From NCBI GenBank assembly GCA_032260385.1, contig JAVVEL010000015.1, positions 862 through 64,861 on the forward strand: 64,000 bases of DNA. The letters are read 5' to 3'. The notes beneath the pieces were generated by a model, which saw nothing but the letters and a program-made list of their open reading frames with translations, did no database searches and was not told the origin of the DNA. Shown here piece by piece: positions 48,034-57,611 of the stretch; position 1 is the stretch's first letter; each line of letters opens with the position of its first letter. The stretch is from Bacteroidales bacterium. Lineage in GTDB: Bacteria > Bacteroidota > Bacteroidia > Bacteroidales > VadinHA17. A program made the translations under genes and the position numbers.

Positions 48034-49137
48034 TTATGCTTTATATATTGGAAATTTAACTATCTCAGCCTTAAGATCCCTGTTACGTATCCTTATAAAA
48101 ATTTCTGTCCCTTCCTTCCAGTATCCTTTATTAAGGTAACCCATGCCTATTCCTTGTTTCATCATGGGAGACATTGTCCCTGAGCTTACCCTTCCAATGT
48201 TTTCACCACCTTCATTAACTATTTCGTAATCATGTCTTGGTATTCCCCTGTCAATCATCACAAAGCCCTTCAGTCTTTTATCAACCCCTTCTTCCTTTTG
48301 CTGCAGGAGGAATTCTTTATCAAGGAAGTCTTTCCCTTCCCTGAATTTTGTTATCCATCCCAGGCCTGCTTCAATTGGTGACGTGGTATCGTCTATATCA
48401 TTTCCATACAGACAATAACCCATTTCAAGTCTTAAAGTATCACGTGCTCCAAGACCAACGGGTTTAATGCCAAACTCCTCTCCTGCCTCAAAAACAGCCT
48501 TCCATAAACGGCTTGCATCATCGTTACTTACATATATCTCACATCCACCTGCCCCGGTATAACCTGTCGTGGATAAGAGTACCTTCCCTATCCCTGCAAA
48601 GGGTATCTCTTTGAAGGTATAATATTCCATGTCAATAATATTCTCCTCTGTTAATTTCTGCATTGCCTGCATGGCCAGGGGACCCTGCACGGCAAGCTGG
48701 GCTATGGAATCAGATGCATTTTCTAAACCCTTACCAGGGCTTATTCCGAACTTTTTTGCCTGTTCAACACACCAATTCCAGTCTTTTTCAATATTGGCAG
48801 CATTGACAACAAGGAGGTATTTTTCTTCATCAAACCGGTACACAAGGAGATCATCCACTATTCCACCCTTGCCGTTGGGAAAGCATGAATATTGCACCTT
48901 GCCGTCAACCAGTGACGACACATCATTTGAGTTTATGTATTGAAGATAATTAAGGGCTTCAGGCCCCGTAACCCAGAATTCGCCCATGTGCGACACATCA
49001 AAAACCCCAGCCTTTTCCCGGACGGTAATATGTTCATCATTGATACCTGTATACTCAACGGGCATATTATAGCCTGCAAAGGGGACCATTTTAGCTCCCT
49101 TTTCTTCATGAAATTTTGTAAAAGCAGTATTTTTCAT
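48034..49137 (-). CDS. gcvT: Glycine cleavage system aminomethyltransferase T
   Basis: [19 protein letters not shown] and [13 protein letters not shown]. Confidence 0.97.
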   Translation of the reverse strand: MKNTAFTKFHEEKGAKMVPFAGYNMPVEYTGINDEHITVREKAGVFDVSHMGEFWVTGPEALNYLQYINSNDVSSLVDGKVQYSCFPNGKGGIVDDLLVYRFDEEKYLLVVNAANIEKDWNWCVEQAKKFGISPGKGLENASDSIAQLAVQGPLAMQAMQKLTEENIIDMEYYTFKEIPFAGIGKVLLSTTGYTGAGGCEIYVSNDDASRLWKAVFEAGEEFGIKPVGLGARDTLRLEMGYCLYGNDIDDTTSPIEAGLGWITKFREGKDFLDKEFLLQQKEEGVDKRLKGFVMIDRGIPRHDYEIVNEGGENIGRVSSGTMSPMMKQGIGMGYLNKGYWKEGTEIFIRIRNRDLKAEIVKFPIYKA

Positions 49138-49218
49138 TGCTAAAAATATTTTTATTTAAATGTATTATAACTTTATTTCATTTTCGCTTTATCTAATTAA
49201 TAATCAATACCATCCGGT

Positions 49219-50646
49219 TTATCTCCTGATAATTATGGTATCGGGCTTCACGGTAACTGTGTCTCTCATTATTGCCGGTGTATAAACATTTTCTTTCTGC
49301 TGATCATTTTGGTTGGTATTCATAACAAGCCGGTAAATATCAAAACCCCCGTAGCCTCCGGGTCTGTCACTTGCCAGCCAGGCTTCGTCCTTATTAAAAA
49401 AGCCAGGCATGAAGAACATATCATTCGACTGGGAGTTAACAGGCAGCCCCAGATTAAGAGGTTCAGACCACATACCGATATCATTTTTCACTGACATATA
49501 TATGTCGTAGCCCCCAATACCTCTGTTCCTGTTTGAACTGAACCAGATAGTATCTCCACCCGCTGAAATATGCACCGATTCTTCATTCATTTCTGAATTA
49601 AGGGGATTACCTAGGTTAAAAGGCTCTGTCCATTTATTCTTCTTCACCCTTGTAATATAATATATATCACGACCTCCGAAACCCTTTCCCATATCACTGG
49701 TGAAAAATATTTCACTCCCGTCTTCCGTAATCGAAATGGAGGTCTCCCTGTATCTGGTATTGATATTAATTCCGGGCTTTTCCGGACTGCTCCATTCACC
49801 GTTCACATATTCCGATACAAGTATATCACCATTCCCTTCATAACCCGCGTATATATACATTAGTACTCCAGCGGAATCAACAGCCAGAACACCCTCATTT
49901 AAGCGGGTAGACAGATTCTCACCTGCCGGCCCTGCAGACTTCCAGTCATTGAGGTCACCGCTTGCAACAAAAATATTTTCATCCCACTTCATGTCCGAAA
50001 TCTGACGCTTTCTGTTTTTGTCAATTATCCGTCTTGTCGTAAAATACAATAATCTGCCTTCATTGGCCGGCACAGGAGAATAATCATCAGCTTCCGAATT
50101 CACGTTTCTCCCGGCATTTATTAATTCTGCATCCAACCTGGAAGCTTCCATATCAATGGCATTATTGCACTGATTGATAAGCTTATTAACTTCATGTTTG
50201 AATGTTTCTGACTCATGGAACCTGTCAGAATACATATTATAATAGTCTATGGCCTTGCCATAATCTCCCTTTAAATGGTAGGACTTACCCGTTAATAAAA
50301 GAATATCATCGGCAACATCAGGTTTAAGGTCATAAGCCCTAAGAAAATAATCAAGAGACTTTACAGGCTCCCTTCCCAGGAGATAAGTCACACCTATTTT
50401 GTAATTCAATTCGGCATTATTACTGTTATAATCATTGGCAAGCAGGTAACGAACAATTGCCTGGGGATACATCCCAGCTCCGGATTTAAAAAGTTTATCC
50501 CCTTCCTTAAGGCTTTTCCACGCATCTCTGAAGCCCTCTTCCCCGGCCATAAAATCGGACTTTGACACCTGCAGGGCTACCTGACCCTCCACATTCATCA
50601 ATGGCAATACCAGTGTAATGATAAGCACACATAAATGTTTTTTCAT
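49219..50646 (-). CDS. Exported TPR plus PD40 propeller protein (PorE-like, no OmpA domain)
   Basis: Signal peptide, TPRs, repeated VNS..DDYSP / FSSNR..GIGGYDIY / SDRPGGYGGFDIY. Confidence 0.85.
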   Translation of the reverse strand: MKKHLCVLIITLVLPLMNVEGQVALQVSKSDFMAGEEGFRDAWKSLKEGDKLFKSGAGMYPQAIVRYLLANDYNSNNAELNYKIGVTYLLGREPVKSLDYFLRAYDLKPDVADDILLLTGKSYHLKGDYGKAIDYYNMYSDRFHESETFKHEVNKLINQCNNAIDMEASRLDAELINAGRNVNSEADDYSPVPANEGRLLYFTTRRIIDKNRKRQISDMKWDENIFVASGDLNDWKSAGPAGENLSTRLNEGVLAVDSAGVLMYIYAGYEGNGDILVSEYVNGEWSSPEKPGININTRYRETSISITEDGSEIFFTSDMGKGFGGRDIYYITRVKKNKWTEPFNLGNPLNSEMNEESVHISAGGDTIWFSSNRNRGIGGYDIYMSVKNDIGMWSEPLNLGLPVNSQSNDMFFMPGFFNKDEAWLASDRPGGYGGFDIYRLVMNTNQNDQQKENVYTPAIMRDTVTVKPDTIIIRR

Positions 50647-50778
50647 TGTTTGAATGTTTTGTTGCCTAAAAATAGTAATTATCTGGATGATTAAGACCCC
50701 GCCCCTAAAATAATTCCTGAATTGCCTCTCTCTTTTCGATTTTTGCTATTTTTGTTTTGTAATATATCCTTAATTAGT

Positions 50779-51129
50779 ATGGAATTTAAGATAGTCAATG
50801 TCGGATACATAGAGGAAGTATGCAATAATTCCCCGGAACTTATAAGAGAGATGATTGATATTTTCAGGGAGCAGGTCTCTGAATTCAGGGACGAAATGGA
50901 ACAATTATATACAGAAGAAAGGTACTATGACCTCGGACTTATGGCACATAAGGCAAAATCCTCGGTGGCCATAATGGGAATGGATGATCTTGCAGGCAGG
51001 CTGAAAGAACTGGAGCTTAATGCCAAAGAAGGCATTAAATCTGAAACCTACAGGGCTTATATCAGCAATTTTGTACATCAGACAAGTGACGCCATGAAAG
51101 AGCTTGATACTTACCTTGAAAAACTATAG
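50779..51129 (+). CDS. Stand-alone Hpt (histidine phosphotransfer) protein
   Basis: AHKAKSSVAIMG Hpt motif in a helical bundle. Start placed at MEFKIV. Confidence 0.85.
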   Translation: MEFKIVNVGYIEEVCNNSPELIREMIDIFREQVSEFRDEMEQLYTEERYYDLGLMAHKAKSSVAIMGMDDLAGRLKELELNAKEGIKSETYRAYISNFVHQTSDAMKELDTYLEKL

Positions 51130-51137
51130 ATGCAGTA

Positions 51138-51476
51138 ATGCTTATTATTGAAAAACTTGATAATAATATCGATCGTGTAAGTTTCAACAGGCTCGATAAG
51201 ATAAATGCACCGGTAGCTGATGATATTAAATCTGACCTGAGCAGGCTCTTTGATGTCCCGAATGCAAAAATCATTATCGACCTTCACGGAATAAAATACA
51301 TCGACAGCTCAGGCTTCGGCTGTTTCCTTACAACACTTAAGGCTGCCAGGAATAATTACGGAAAACTGAAGATCTGCAATATTGAACCCGGGGTACTTGC
51401 TGTTTTTAAAACTCTTCAATTGCACACAATTATAGATCTCTGTGACGACCTGGATTCATGTCTGAACAGTTTTTAA
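51138..51476 (+). CDS. STAS anti-sigma-factor antagonist
   Basis: IIIDLHGIKYIDSSGFG with the phospho-acceptor Ser. Confidence 0.9.
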   Translation: MLIIEKLDNNIDRVSFNRLDKINAPVADDIKSDLSRLFDVPNAKIIIDLHGIKYIDSSGFGCFLTTLKAARNNYGKLKICNIEPGVLAVFKTLQLHTIIDLCDDLDSCLNSF

Positions 51477-51525
51477 AATTGATGAACGATATTTTTTGCT
51501 CTCATTTTCAAGCTAAACACACTAT

Positions 51526-52152
51526 ATGGAAAAAATCGTATGGAAGCCCGGAACCATGATTTATCCCCTGCCTGCCGTCATGGTGAGTTGTGGGAAGGAC
51601 CCGTCTGAATATAATATTATTACTGTTGCATGGACAGGTACAATCTGTTCAGATCCGCCAATGTGCTATATATCAATCAGGCCATCCAGGCACTCATACG
51701 AAATTATCAGGCGTAACAGGGAATTCGTTATTAACCTGACAACGGAAGAGCTGGCATGGGCTACAGACTGGTGCGGGGTTAAATCAGGACGTCATCATCA
51801 CAAGTTCGGTGAAATGAAACTTACCCCTGCCAGGAGCTTAAAGGTGGAAGCCCCTGCCATTGCCGAATCACCCGTAAACATTGAGTGCAGGGTGACTGAC
51901 ATCATTGAGCTTGGAATACACCACATGTTCCTTGCAGAAGTACTTACAATACAGGCCGATAAGGAATATTACAATCCTGAGACGGGGGCTTTCAGACTGG
52001 ACAGGGCAAAGCTAATAAGTTATCAGCACGGAAAATATTATAAAACGGGAGCAATGATCGGGAAATTCGGTTATTCGGTGAAGAAGAAAAAAAAGAAAGT
52101 AAATAAGACTCCGGACAGACCGGAAAATACCGGTAGTGAAAAAAGCATTTAG
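51526..52152 (+). CDS. Flavin reductase-like family protein
   Basis: YPLPAVMVSC, ITVAWTG, EFVINL, CGVKSGR and ESPVNIEC. Confidence 0.9.
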   Translation: MEKIVWKPGTMIYPLPAVMVSCGKDPSEYNIITVAWTGTICSDPPMCYISIRPSRHSYEIIRRNREFVINLTTEELAWATDWCGVKSGRHHHKFGEMKLTPARSLKVEAPAIAESPVNIECRVTDIIELGIHHMFLAEVLTIQADKEYYNPETGAFRLDRAKLISYQHGKYYKTGAMIGKFGYSVKKKKKKVNKTPDRPENTGSEKSI

Positions 52153-52215
52153 GAAAATAAGACTAATTTTAGTATTTTCATTTCAATATTTAAAACCTTC
52201 TAACTTCCACCGTAA

Positions 52216-55200
52216 ATGAGTGAAAAGATTCTTAAGGCACTGATGCAGCTCTTTGCCATAATAGCCAGGCCGGAAAGCAGTGAGAAAGATCGCAGAAGTG
52301 TGGTTAAAGCCTTTCTGAGAAGGCAACTCAATGAAGAAGTGGTAAAGGAATACCTCGGGGCCTTTGATCATTTTTACAGGGAAGCACAGGAGAAACAAAA
52401 GAAAAGTGTTTACAAAAAGAGGCAATCCGCAGTTTCTGTTAGAATATTGAAGATTACCAGCCAGATAAACACCCAGCTTACACAGAACCAGAAAATAATT
52501 GTACTTGTTCAGCTTTTTGAATTTTGCAAATCAGACGGCACCCAGGTTACACCTGAAGAAATTGAGTTTATAAGGGCTGTAGCTGAATCATTTTATGTTG
52601 AAATAGCCGACTTTGAATTACTGCGACACTACGTCCTGAATGATTTTTCTGATATGGCCGATACAAACCATATCCTTCTTATTGATAATGAGAAGAAAGC
52701 CCCGGGTGTATCAATGCTCCACATGAGCAACGAAACTATTAAGGGGCAGATATGGGTCCTGGAAGTGGCTTCAGCCAACATGCACTTCATAAGGTTTACC
52801 AATATGGCTGAGCTCTATATGAACGGGCAATTGTTACAGGAAGATAAGGTTTATCCCTTTAACCCGGGTTCTTCGCTGCGCGATCACAAGTCTGCACCGC
52901 TATACTATAGTGATATAGTAAGTAAATTCAGGAAAGAAGAGCTTGAAGCCTCCAGGGTCGTTTACCAGGCCAGAAACATTGAATACAGGTTCAGAACAGG
53001 CGATACAGGAATACATAAAATGTCATTCGAGGAAGAATCAGGAAGACTGGTTGGCATAATGGGCTCATCAGGAGCAGGTAAGTCAACCTTGCTCAACGTG
53101 TTGAACGGTATCAATGCACCTGATAGAGGCGAAGTACTGGTAAATGACATTAATATACACAGTAAATCGGATAAAGCCGAGGGACTTATTGGTTATGTTT
53201 CACAGGACGACCTTCTGATAGAGGAGCTCACAGTATACCAGAACCTCTATTATAATGCCAGGCTCTGTTTTGATAACCTTACTGAAGAAGAGATACATGA
53301 AAAAGTATCTATAACCCTGCAGAGCCTTGGCCTGTTTGAAATAAAAGACATGAAAGTGGGGTCTCCCCTGAACAAAAAGATAAGCGGAGGCCAGAGGAAA
53401 AGACTTAACATCTCACTTGAGCTAATACGTGAACCACCCATTCTCTTCCTGGATGAACCCACATCGGGCTTATCATCACGCGATAGCGAAAACATACTTG
53501 ACCTCCTCAAGGAACTAGCTCTCAAAGGCAAACTCTTATTCGTAGTTATACACCAGCCATCAAGCGATATTTTTAAAATGTTCGACAGGCTGGTAATACT
53601 GGATACAGGGGGATATATAATATATAACGGGGACCCCATAGAGTCAATAATTTATTTTAAGCAGAGAACACACCAGGCCAACTATAATGAAAGTGAATGC
53701 CATGTATGCGGCAATGTAAATCCTGAACAGGTATTCAACATTGTGGAATCAAAGGTACTGGACGAATATGGCATAGCAACAAATGTAAGGAAAGTATCAC
53801 CAAAGGAATGGAATTCCTATTACACCGAACATATTCAAAAAAATGAAAAGAAACTTGAACCCGGGCATGGGGTACCGGAAGTGAACTTTAAGATACCGGG
53901 GCGGTTCAAACAATTTCTTATATTTATAAAAAGGGATATCCTGGCAAAGCTATCCGACAGACAGTACCTGGTGGTTACTATCCTGGAGGCACCCATCCTT
54001 GCTTTTGCTTTGGCCTTTCTTATAAAGTATTTCGATGAGAGCACAAGCAATGCCAAATATACTTTACTTGAAAACAGTAACCTGCCCGTGTACCTGTTTA
54101 TGTCGGTTATAGTGGCAATTTTTATGGGTCTTACCGTAAGTGCCGAAGAAATAATTAAAGACAGGAAAATTCTTAAAAGGGAAGCCTTCCTTAACCTCAG
54201 CTGGAACAGCTATCTCCTGTCAAAAGTGTCGGTGCAGCTGCTTATATCTGCCATCCAGGCTTTCGCCTTCGTGCTGGTAGGCAACGGGATAACAGAAATC
54301 AGGGGAATGTGGTTTGAATACTGGCTGGTACTCTTCTCATGCTGGGCAAGTGCCAACCTCCTGGGTTTGCTTATCTCCGACAGCTTCAGGACGGTGGTCA
54401 CCATTTATATGCTTATACCCTTCCTGGTAATACCACAAATCATTTTAAGCGGAGTAATAGTAAAATTTGAAAAACTCAATCCAAATATTTCATCTCCTTC
54501 CGAAATACCTTTTTATGGTGAACTTATTGTTGCCAGGTGGGGATACGAAGCACTTGCGGTAAAGCAGTTCATAGATAATGATTACGAAAAACAGTTCTAT
54601 GGCTACTATAAAATTATGAGTCTTGCCAACTATAAGAAGCTATACTGGTATAATGATCTCAAGCAGAGAATCAACAAACTTGAAAACGGGCTGGAAAGAA
54701 AGACTTACAACGACGATTTTAAAAAAGACCTTCTGGTTTTAAGAAACGAAATAGCAAAAGAAATGGAAGCCGTCCCATCCCTGCAATTCAATTCCCTGGA
54801 TAAACTCATACCCGAAAGAGTGACCGGCGATGCCATTGACGAGGCAAAGAGGTATATTGAAATCCTTAACGGCAGCTATAAAAACCTGTATAATAAAAAC
54901 TTCGATGAAAAAGACCTCATCATAACTAAAGCTATGAATGAAGACCCCGGGGCATTTATTGAACTCAAGGAAAAACACTTTAACAGAAGCCTTGAAGAAT
55001 TTGTGACAAATGAAAAAGAGGAAAAAAGAATTATTGAATACAGGGGGGAGTTGATACAGAAAATGGATCCCATATACAAAGACCCGGACCACCCCTTTGT
55101 CAAGGCTCATTTCTACGCACCCAGGAAACAGGTCTTTGGTAATTTCGCAGACACATTTTGGGTTAATGTTATTTTCATATGGGTATGGACCATATTAACC

Positions 55201-55287
55201 TACCTGGCACTCTACTCAAGGCTACTCAAGAGAATTCTTGATTCAATAGAAGAATCCTCTGAACGAAGAAGGGCAAGAAGCTCATAA
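52216..55287 (+). CDS. ABCG-type (NBD before TMD) transporter with N-terminal TerB-like and FHA-like domains
   Basis: GSSGAGKST, ISGGQRKR, LFLDEPTSGL, VIHQP and CxxC-NVNPE; ABC2 TMD with a large extracytoplasmic loop. N-terminal helical domain (SDGTQVTPEEIEFI) and LYMNG...FNPGSSLR. Confidence 0.9.
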   Translation: MSEKILKALMQLFAIIARPESSEKDRRSVVKAFLRRQLNEEVVKEYLGAFDHFYREAQEKQKKSVYKKRQSAVSVRILKITSQINTQLTQNQKIIVLVQLFEFCKSDGTQVTPEEIEFIRAVAESFYVEIADFELLRHYVLNDFSDMADTNHILLIDNEKKAPGVSMLHMSNETIKGQIWVLEVASANMHFIRFTNMAELYMNGQLLQEDKVYPFNPGSSLRDHKSAPLYYSDIVSKFRKEELEASRVVYQARNIEYRFRTGDTGIHKMSFEEESGRLVGIMGSSGAGKSTLLNVLNGINAPDRGEVLVNDINIHSKSDKAEGLIGYVSQDDLLIEELTVYQNLYYNARLCFDNLTEEEIHEKVSITLQSLGLFEIKDMKVGSPLNKKISGGQRKRLNISLELIREPPILFLDEPTSGLSSRDSENILDLLKELALKGKLLFVVIHQPSSDIFKMFDRLVILDTGGYIIYNGDPIESIIYFKQRTHQANYNESECHVCGNVNPEQVFNIVESKVLDEYGIATNVRKVSPKEWNSYYTEHIQKNEKKLEPGHGVPEVNFKIPGRFKQFLIFIKRDILAKLSDRQYLVVTILEAPILAFALAFLIKYFDESTSNAKYTLLENSNLPVYLFMSVIVAIFMGLTVSAEEIIKDRKILKREAFLNLSWNSYLLSKVSVQLLISAIQAFAFVLVGNGITEIRGMWFEYWLVLFSCWASANLLGLLISDSFRTVVTIYMLIPFLVIPQIILSGVIVKFEKLNPNISSPSEIPFYGELIVARWGYEALAVKQFIDNDYEKQFYGYYKIMSLANYKKLYWYNDLKQRINKLENGLERKTYNDDFKKDLLVLRNEIAKEMEAVPSLQFNSLDKLIPERVTGDAIDEAKRYIEILNGSYKNLYNKNFDEKDLIITKAMNEDPGAFIELKEKHFNRSLEEFVTNEKEEKRIIEYRGELIQKMDPIYKDPDHPFVKAHFYAPRKQVFGNFADTFWVNVIFIWVWTILTYLALYSRLLKRILDSIEESSERRRARSS

Positions 55288-55293
55288 AAGAAA

Positions 55294-55316
55294 GGGGGAC
55301 TGCCCTGCAGTCCCCC
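55294..55316. terminator. Hairpin terminator between the convergent ABC and siaC-like genes
   Basis: GGGGGACTGC-CCT-GCAGTCCCCC (perfect 10-bp stem), followed by TTTCTTTT on the minus strand. Confidence 0.8.
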
Positions 55317-55353
55317 ACTGTGTCTTAAAACCGATCCTGGTATATCTGTCCTC

Positions 55354-55734
55354 CTAGTCCACAATTTCAATCATCTCAAACGGCACTCTTATGATTGACT
55401 CGTAATCTTCTCCTGCTTCGAGCATATCCTCATCATCTTCTTCATAATACCATTTTATCTCGACGTCATTTTTTGCCTTATGAATAAGCTCCAGCTTCTT
55501 AAAAACATCCAGGATGCATTTTGATGAACTGGTATTGAAATATTCCAGTTTCACTTCAACAGTAGTCTTTGGCAGAGGACTTTCCTTATACCGGTCAAGC
55601 CAGTCGACAAGAGGTTTGTAAAACTCAACCGAATTTTCGGGTATTGACCTTCCCTCAAGCTTAAAAACACCAGCTCCTGAATCAAATTTAACTGTTGGTG
55701 TTTTTGGTGTTCCTTCAATTATGATCGGTTCCAT
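55354..55734 (-). CDS. SiaC family (DUF1987) regulatory phosphoprotein
   Basis: TPKTP, GRSIPEN, LEYFNTSSSK (phospho-Thr motif) and WYYEEDDEDMLEAGEDY. Confidence 0.9.
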   Translation of the reverse strand: MEPIIIEGTPKTPTVKFDSGAGVFKLEGRSIPENSVEFYKPLVDWLDRYKESPLPKTTVEVKLEYFNTSSSKCILDVFKKLELIHKAKNDVEIKWYYEEDDEDMLEAGEDYESIIRVPFEMIEIVD

Positions 55735-55765
55735 ATCGTAAAATATTTTAAGTTTATTAATTATC

Positions 55766-56320
55766 CTATATTGAATTTATATCTATTGATAAGCTGAAAA
55801 AAGCATATTCCCTGTTGTAATCAAAGAACTTATAATTAAGCTCATTCCCTGTTTTGCGCGCTATGTCCACCAGGCCTAGTCCCCCACCTCCCTTGGGAGA
55901 TATTTTCTGATGATAGAGTATAAACTTGTACAGTTCCTTTATTTCTTTAATGCTTGACCTGTTTATTTTATCAAGCTTATCGACAAGCAGCTGTACCTTG
56001 TTTTTCTTAACAAAGTTACCTGTGGTTATCTTATATCCTGAACTGTTCCTTTTAACAACCAGTATACCAAATCTCTCCGATTCCGGGTCTTCAAAATCAG
56101 GGGGAACGGGGTCTACATGATGATAAAGGTTCTGAAGGCTTTCGACGAGTACGTTATAAACTTTCTTTTTGATCCTTGCATGATCATTAGCCTCTTCCGT
56201 TTTACCTTCAACGGAGTCGAGAATGAAATTTATTACCTCTGAGCTTATATCTCCCTTAAAGGAGAAAATAACATCATCAGTCAACAAGTCCTGGAAATAA
56301 TTCTCTACATTAAAGCTCAT
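55766..56320 (-). CDS. SiaB family protein kinase (GHKL-like)
   Basis: FKGDIS, VESLQNLYHH, ITTGN and GGGLGLVDIARK. Start placed at MSFNVE. Confidence 0.88.
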   Translation of the reverse strand: MSFNVENYFQDLLTDDVIFSFKGDISSEVINFILDSVEGKTEEANDHARIKKKVYNVLVESLQNLYHHVDPVPPDFEDPESERFGILVVKRNSSGYKITTGNFVKKNKVQLLVDKLDKINRSSIKEIKELYKFILYHQKISPKGGGGLGLVDIARKTGNELNYKFFDYNREYAFFSLSIDINSI

Positions 56321-56356
56321 CAGCTTCTGTTTGAAGGGGCCGGTTAATAATTTCAG

Positions 56357-56364
56357 CAAATATA
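56357..56364 (-). promoter_or_regulatory. -7 promoter box (TATATTTG) of the siaBC-like pair
   Basis: TAnnTTTG match 37 nt upstream of ATG 56320. Confidence 0.55.
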
Positions 56365-56455
56365 AAAAAAATCTCAAGTCGAAAAAATTTACCTTCCGGC
56401 CTTTTGATAAAATTTATTCCTGCCGGTATTAATGAACCTGAATTGTATATGAATG

Positions 56456-57601
56456 TCATTTTTTATCTTTCCTGCTGCCGGAGTAAAGCTCAAATTTCAG
56501 CAGTTTTACTTCCAGTTTACCATTGTATAATATATGTTTTTCTGCCGGTCTCAGGCCAATTTTCTTCAGAGCATCATAATTTGAACTCAACAACCATGCC
56601 GTCGATCCCGGGTAAGCATGTTTCAAGCGTTCGCCAATACCACTGTACAGGCTGTCAATACCGGGATCTTCCAGCCGTTCACCGTAGGGTGGATTCATTA
56701 TTATGGTAAAGAGTTCCTGCTCTTCAGTTTTGGGGTCAAGAAAATCAGCCACCTCGGTACGTATTTCTGCTTCGAGTCCTGCCTTGCGTATGTTTGCCCT
56801 GGCTATTCTGATATTGGCCGGTGAAATATCCCTGCACATGATTGATGTCCTAATTGGCCTGGTTTTATCCTCCTCTTCCCTGCATATTTTCTTAAAAAGT
56901 TCATTGTCAAAATCAAGCCAGTTCATAAATCCAAAATGTTTCCTGTACTTACCCGGAGCTATATTCCCGGCCATCAATGCTGCTTCAATACCTATGGTAG
57001 CTGACCCGCACATGGGATCAAGCAGGGGTGATTTCATATCCCAGCCACTGATCATCAGTATGCCTGCGGCCAGCACCTCGCTTAAGGTAGCCTCCGTGTG
57101 ACCGTACCTGTAAGCTCTTTTAAAAAGGGGGATCACTGTTGAATCAAGACTAATATTAACCTGCTTCTCACTGATGTGACAGTTTATCACAATATCAGGG
57201 TTCACTGCATCCACAGACGGACGTCTCTGCATTACCTTCCTGAACCTGTCGGCTATGGCATCCTTTATTAATAAGGCAGGGTAAGCAGTATGATTAAATA
57301 ATGAGGACTTCACAACCGGCACTACCATAAAGGTCTGACCGATTGCCATAACATTTTCCCAGGGGTAGTCCAGTGTTTTCCGGTAGAGATCTTTAGCATT
57401 TACAATACTGAAACTATGGAGGGCCTTTAAGACTGAGAGTGCAGTACGCAATCTGTAATTTGCCCTGTATATCATCTCCAGGTCGCCCTTAAAACTTACC
57501 GATCTTCTTCCCCTGACAATACCGGCGGCTCCAAGGCCGGCAAGTTCCGACATTAAAACATCTTCCAGCCCGTGCAGGGTCTTTGCCAGTAGATTATTCA
57601 T
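56456..57601 (-). CDS. THUMP-domain SAM-dependent RNA methyltransferase (RlmL-like)
   Basis: GLEDVL, KDAIADRF, DPMCGSATI and NPPYGERL. Confidence 0.92.
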   Translation of the reverse strand: MNNLLAKTLHGLEDVLMSELAGLGAAGIVRGRRSVSFKGDLEMIYRANYRLRTALSVLKALHSFSIVNAKDLYRKTLDYPWENVMAIGQTFMVVPVVKSSLFNHTAYPALLIKDAIADRFRKVMQRRPSVDAVNPDIVINCHISEKQVNISLDSTVIPLFKRAYRYGHTEATLSEVLAAGILMISGWDMKSPLLDPMCGSATIGIEAALMAGNIAPGKYRKHFGFMNWLDFDNELFKKICREEEDKTRPIRTSIMCRDISPANIRIARANIRKAGLEAEIRTEVADFLDPKTEEQELFTIIMNPPYGERLEDPGIDSLYSGIGERLKHAYPGSTAWLLSSNYDALKKIGLRPAEKHILYNGKLEVKLLKFELYSGSRKDKK

Positions 57602-57611
57602 TTATCTCATA

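Noticed and set aside
56338-56430. Loose AAATTTA...CCGG repeats upstream of the siaB-like gene
   Set aside because: Variable spacing and low information content; cannot support an operator call.
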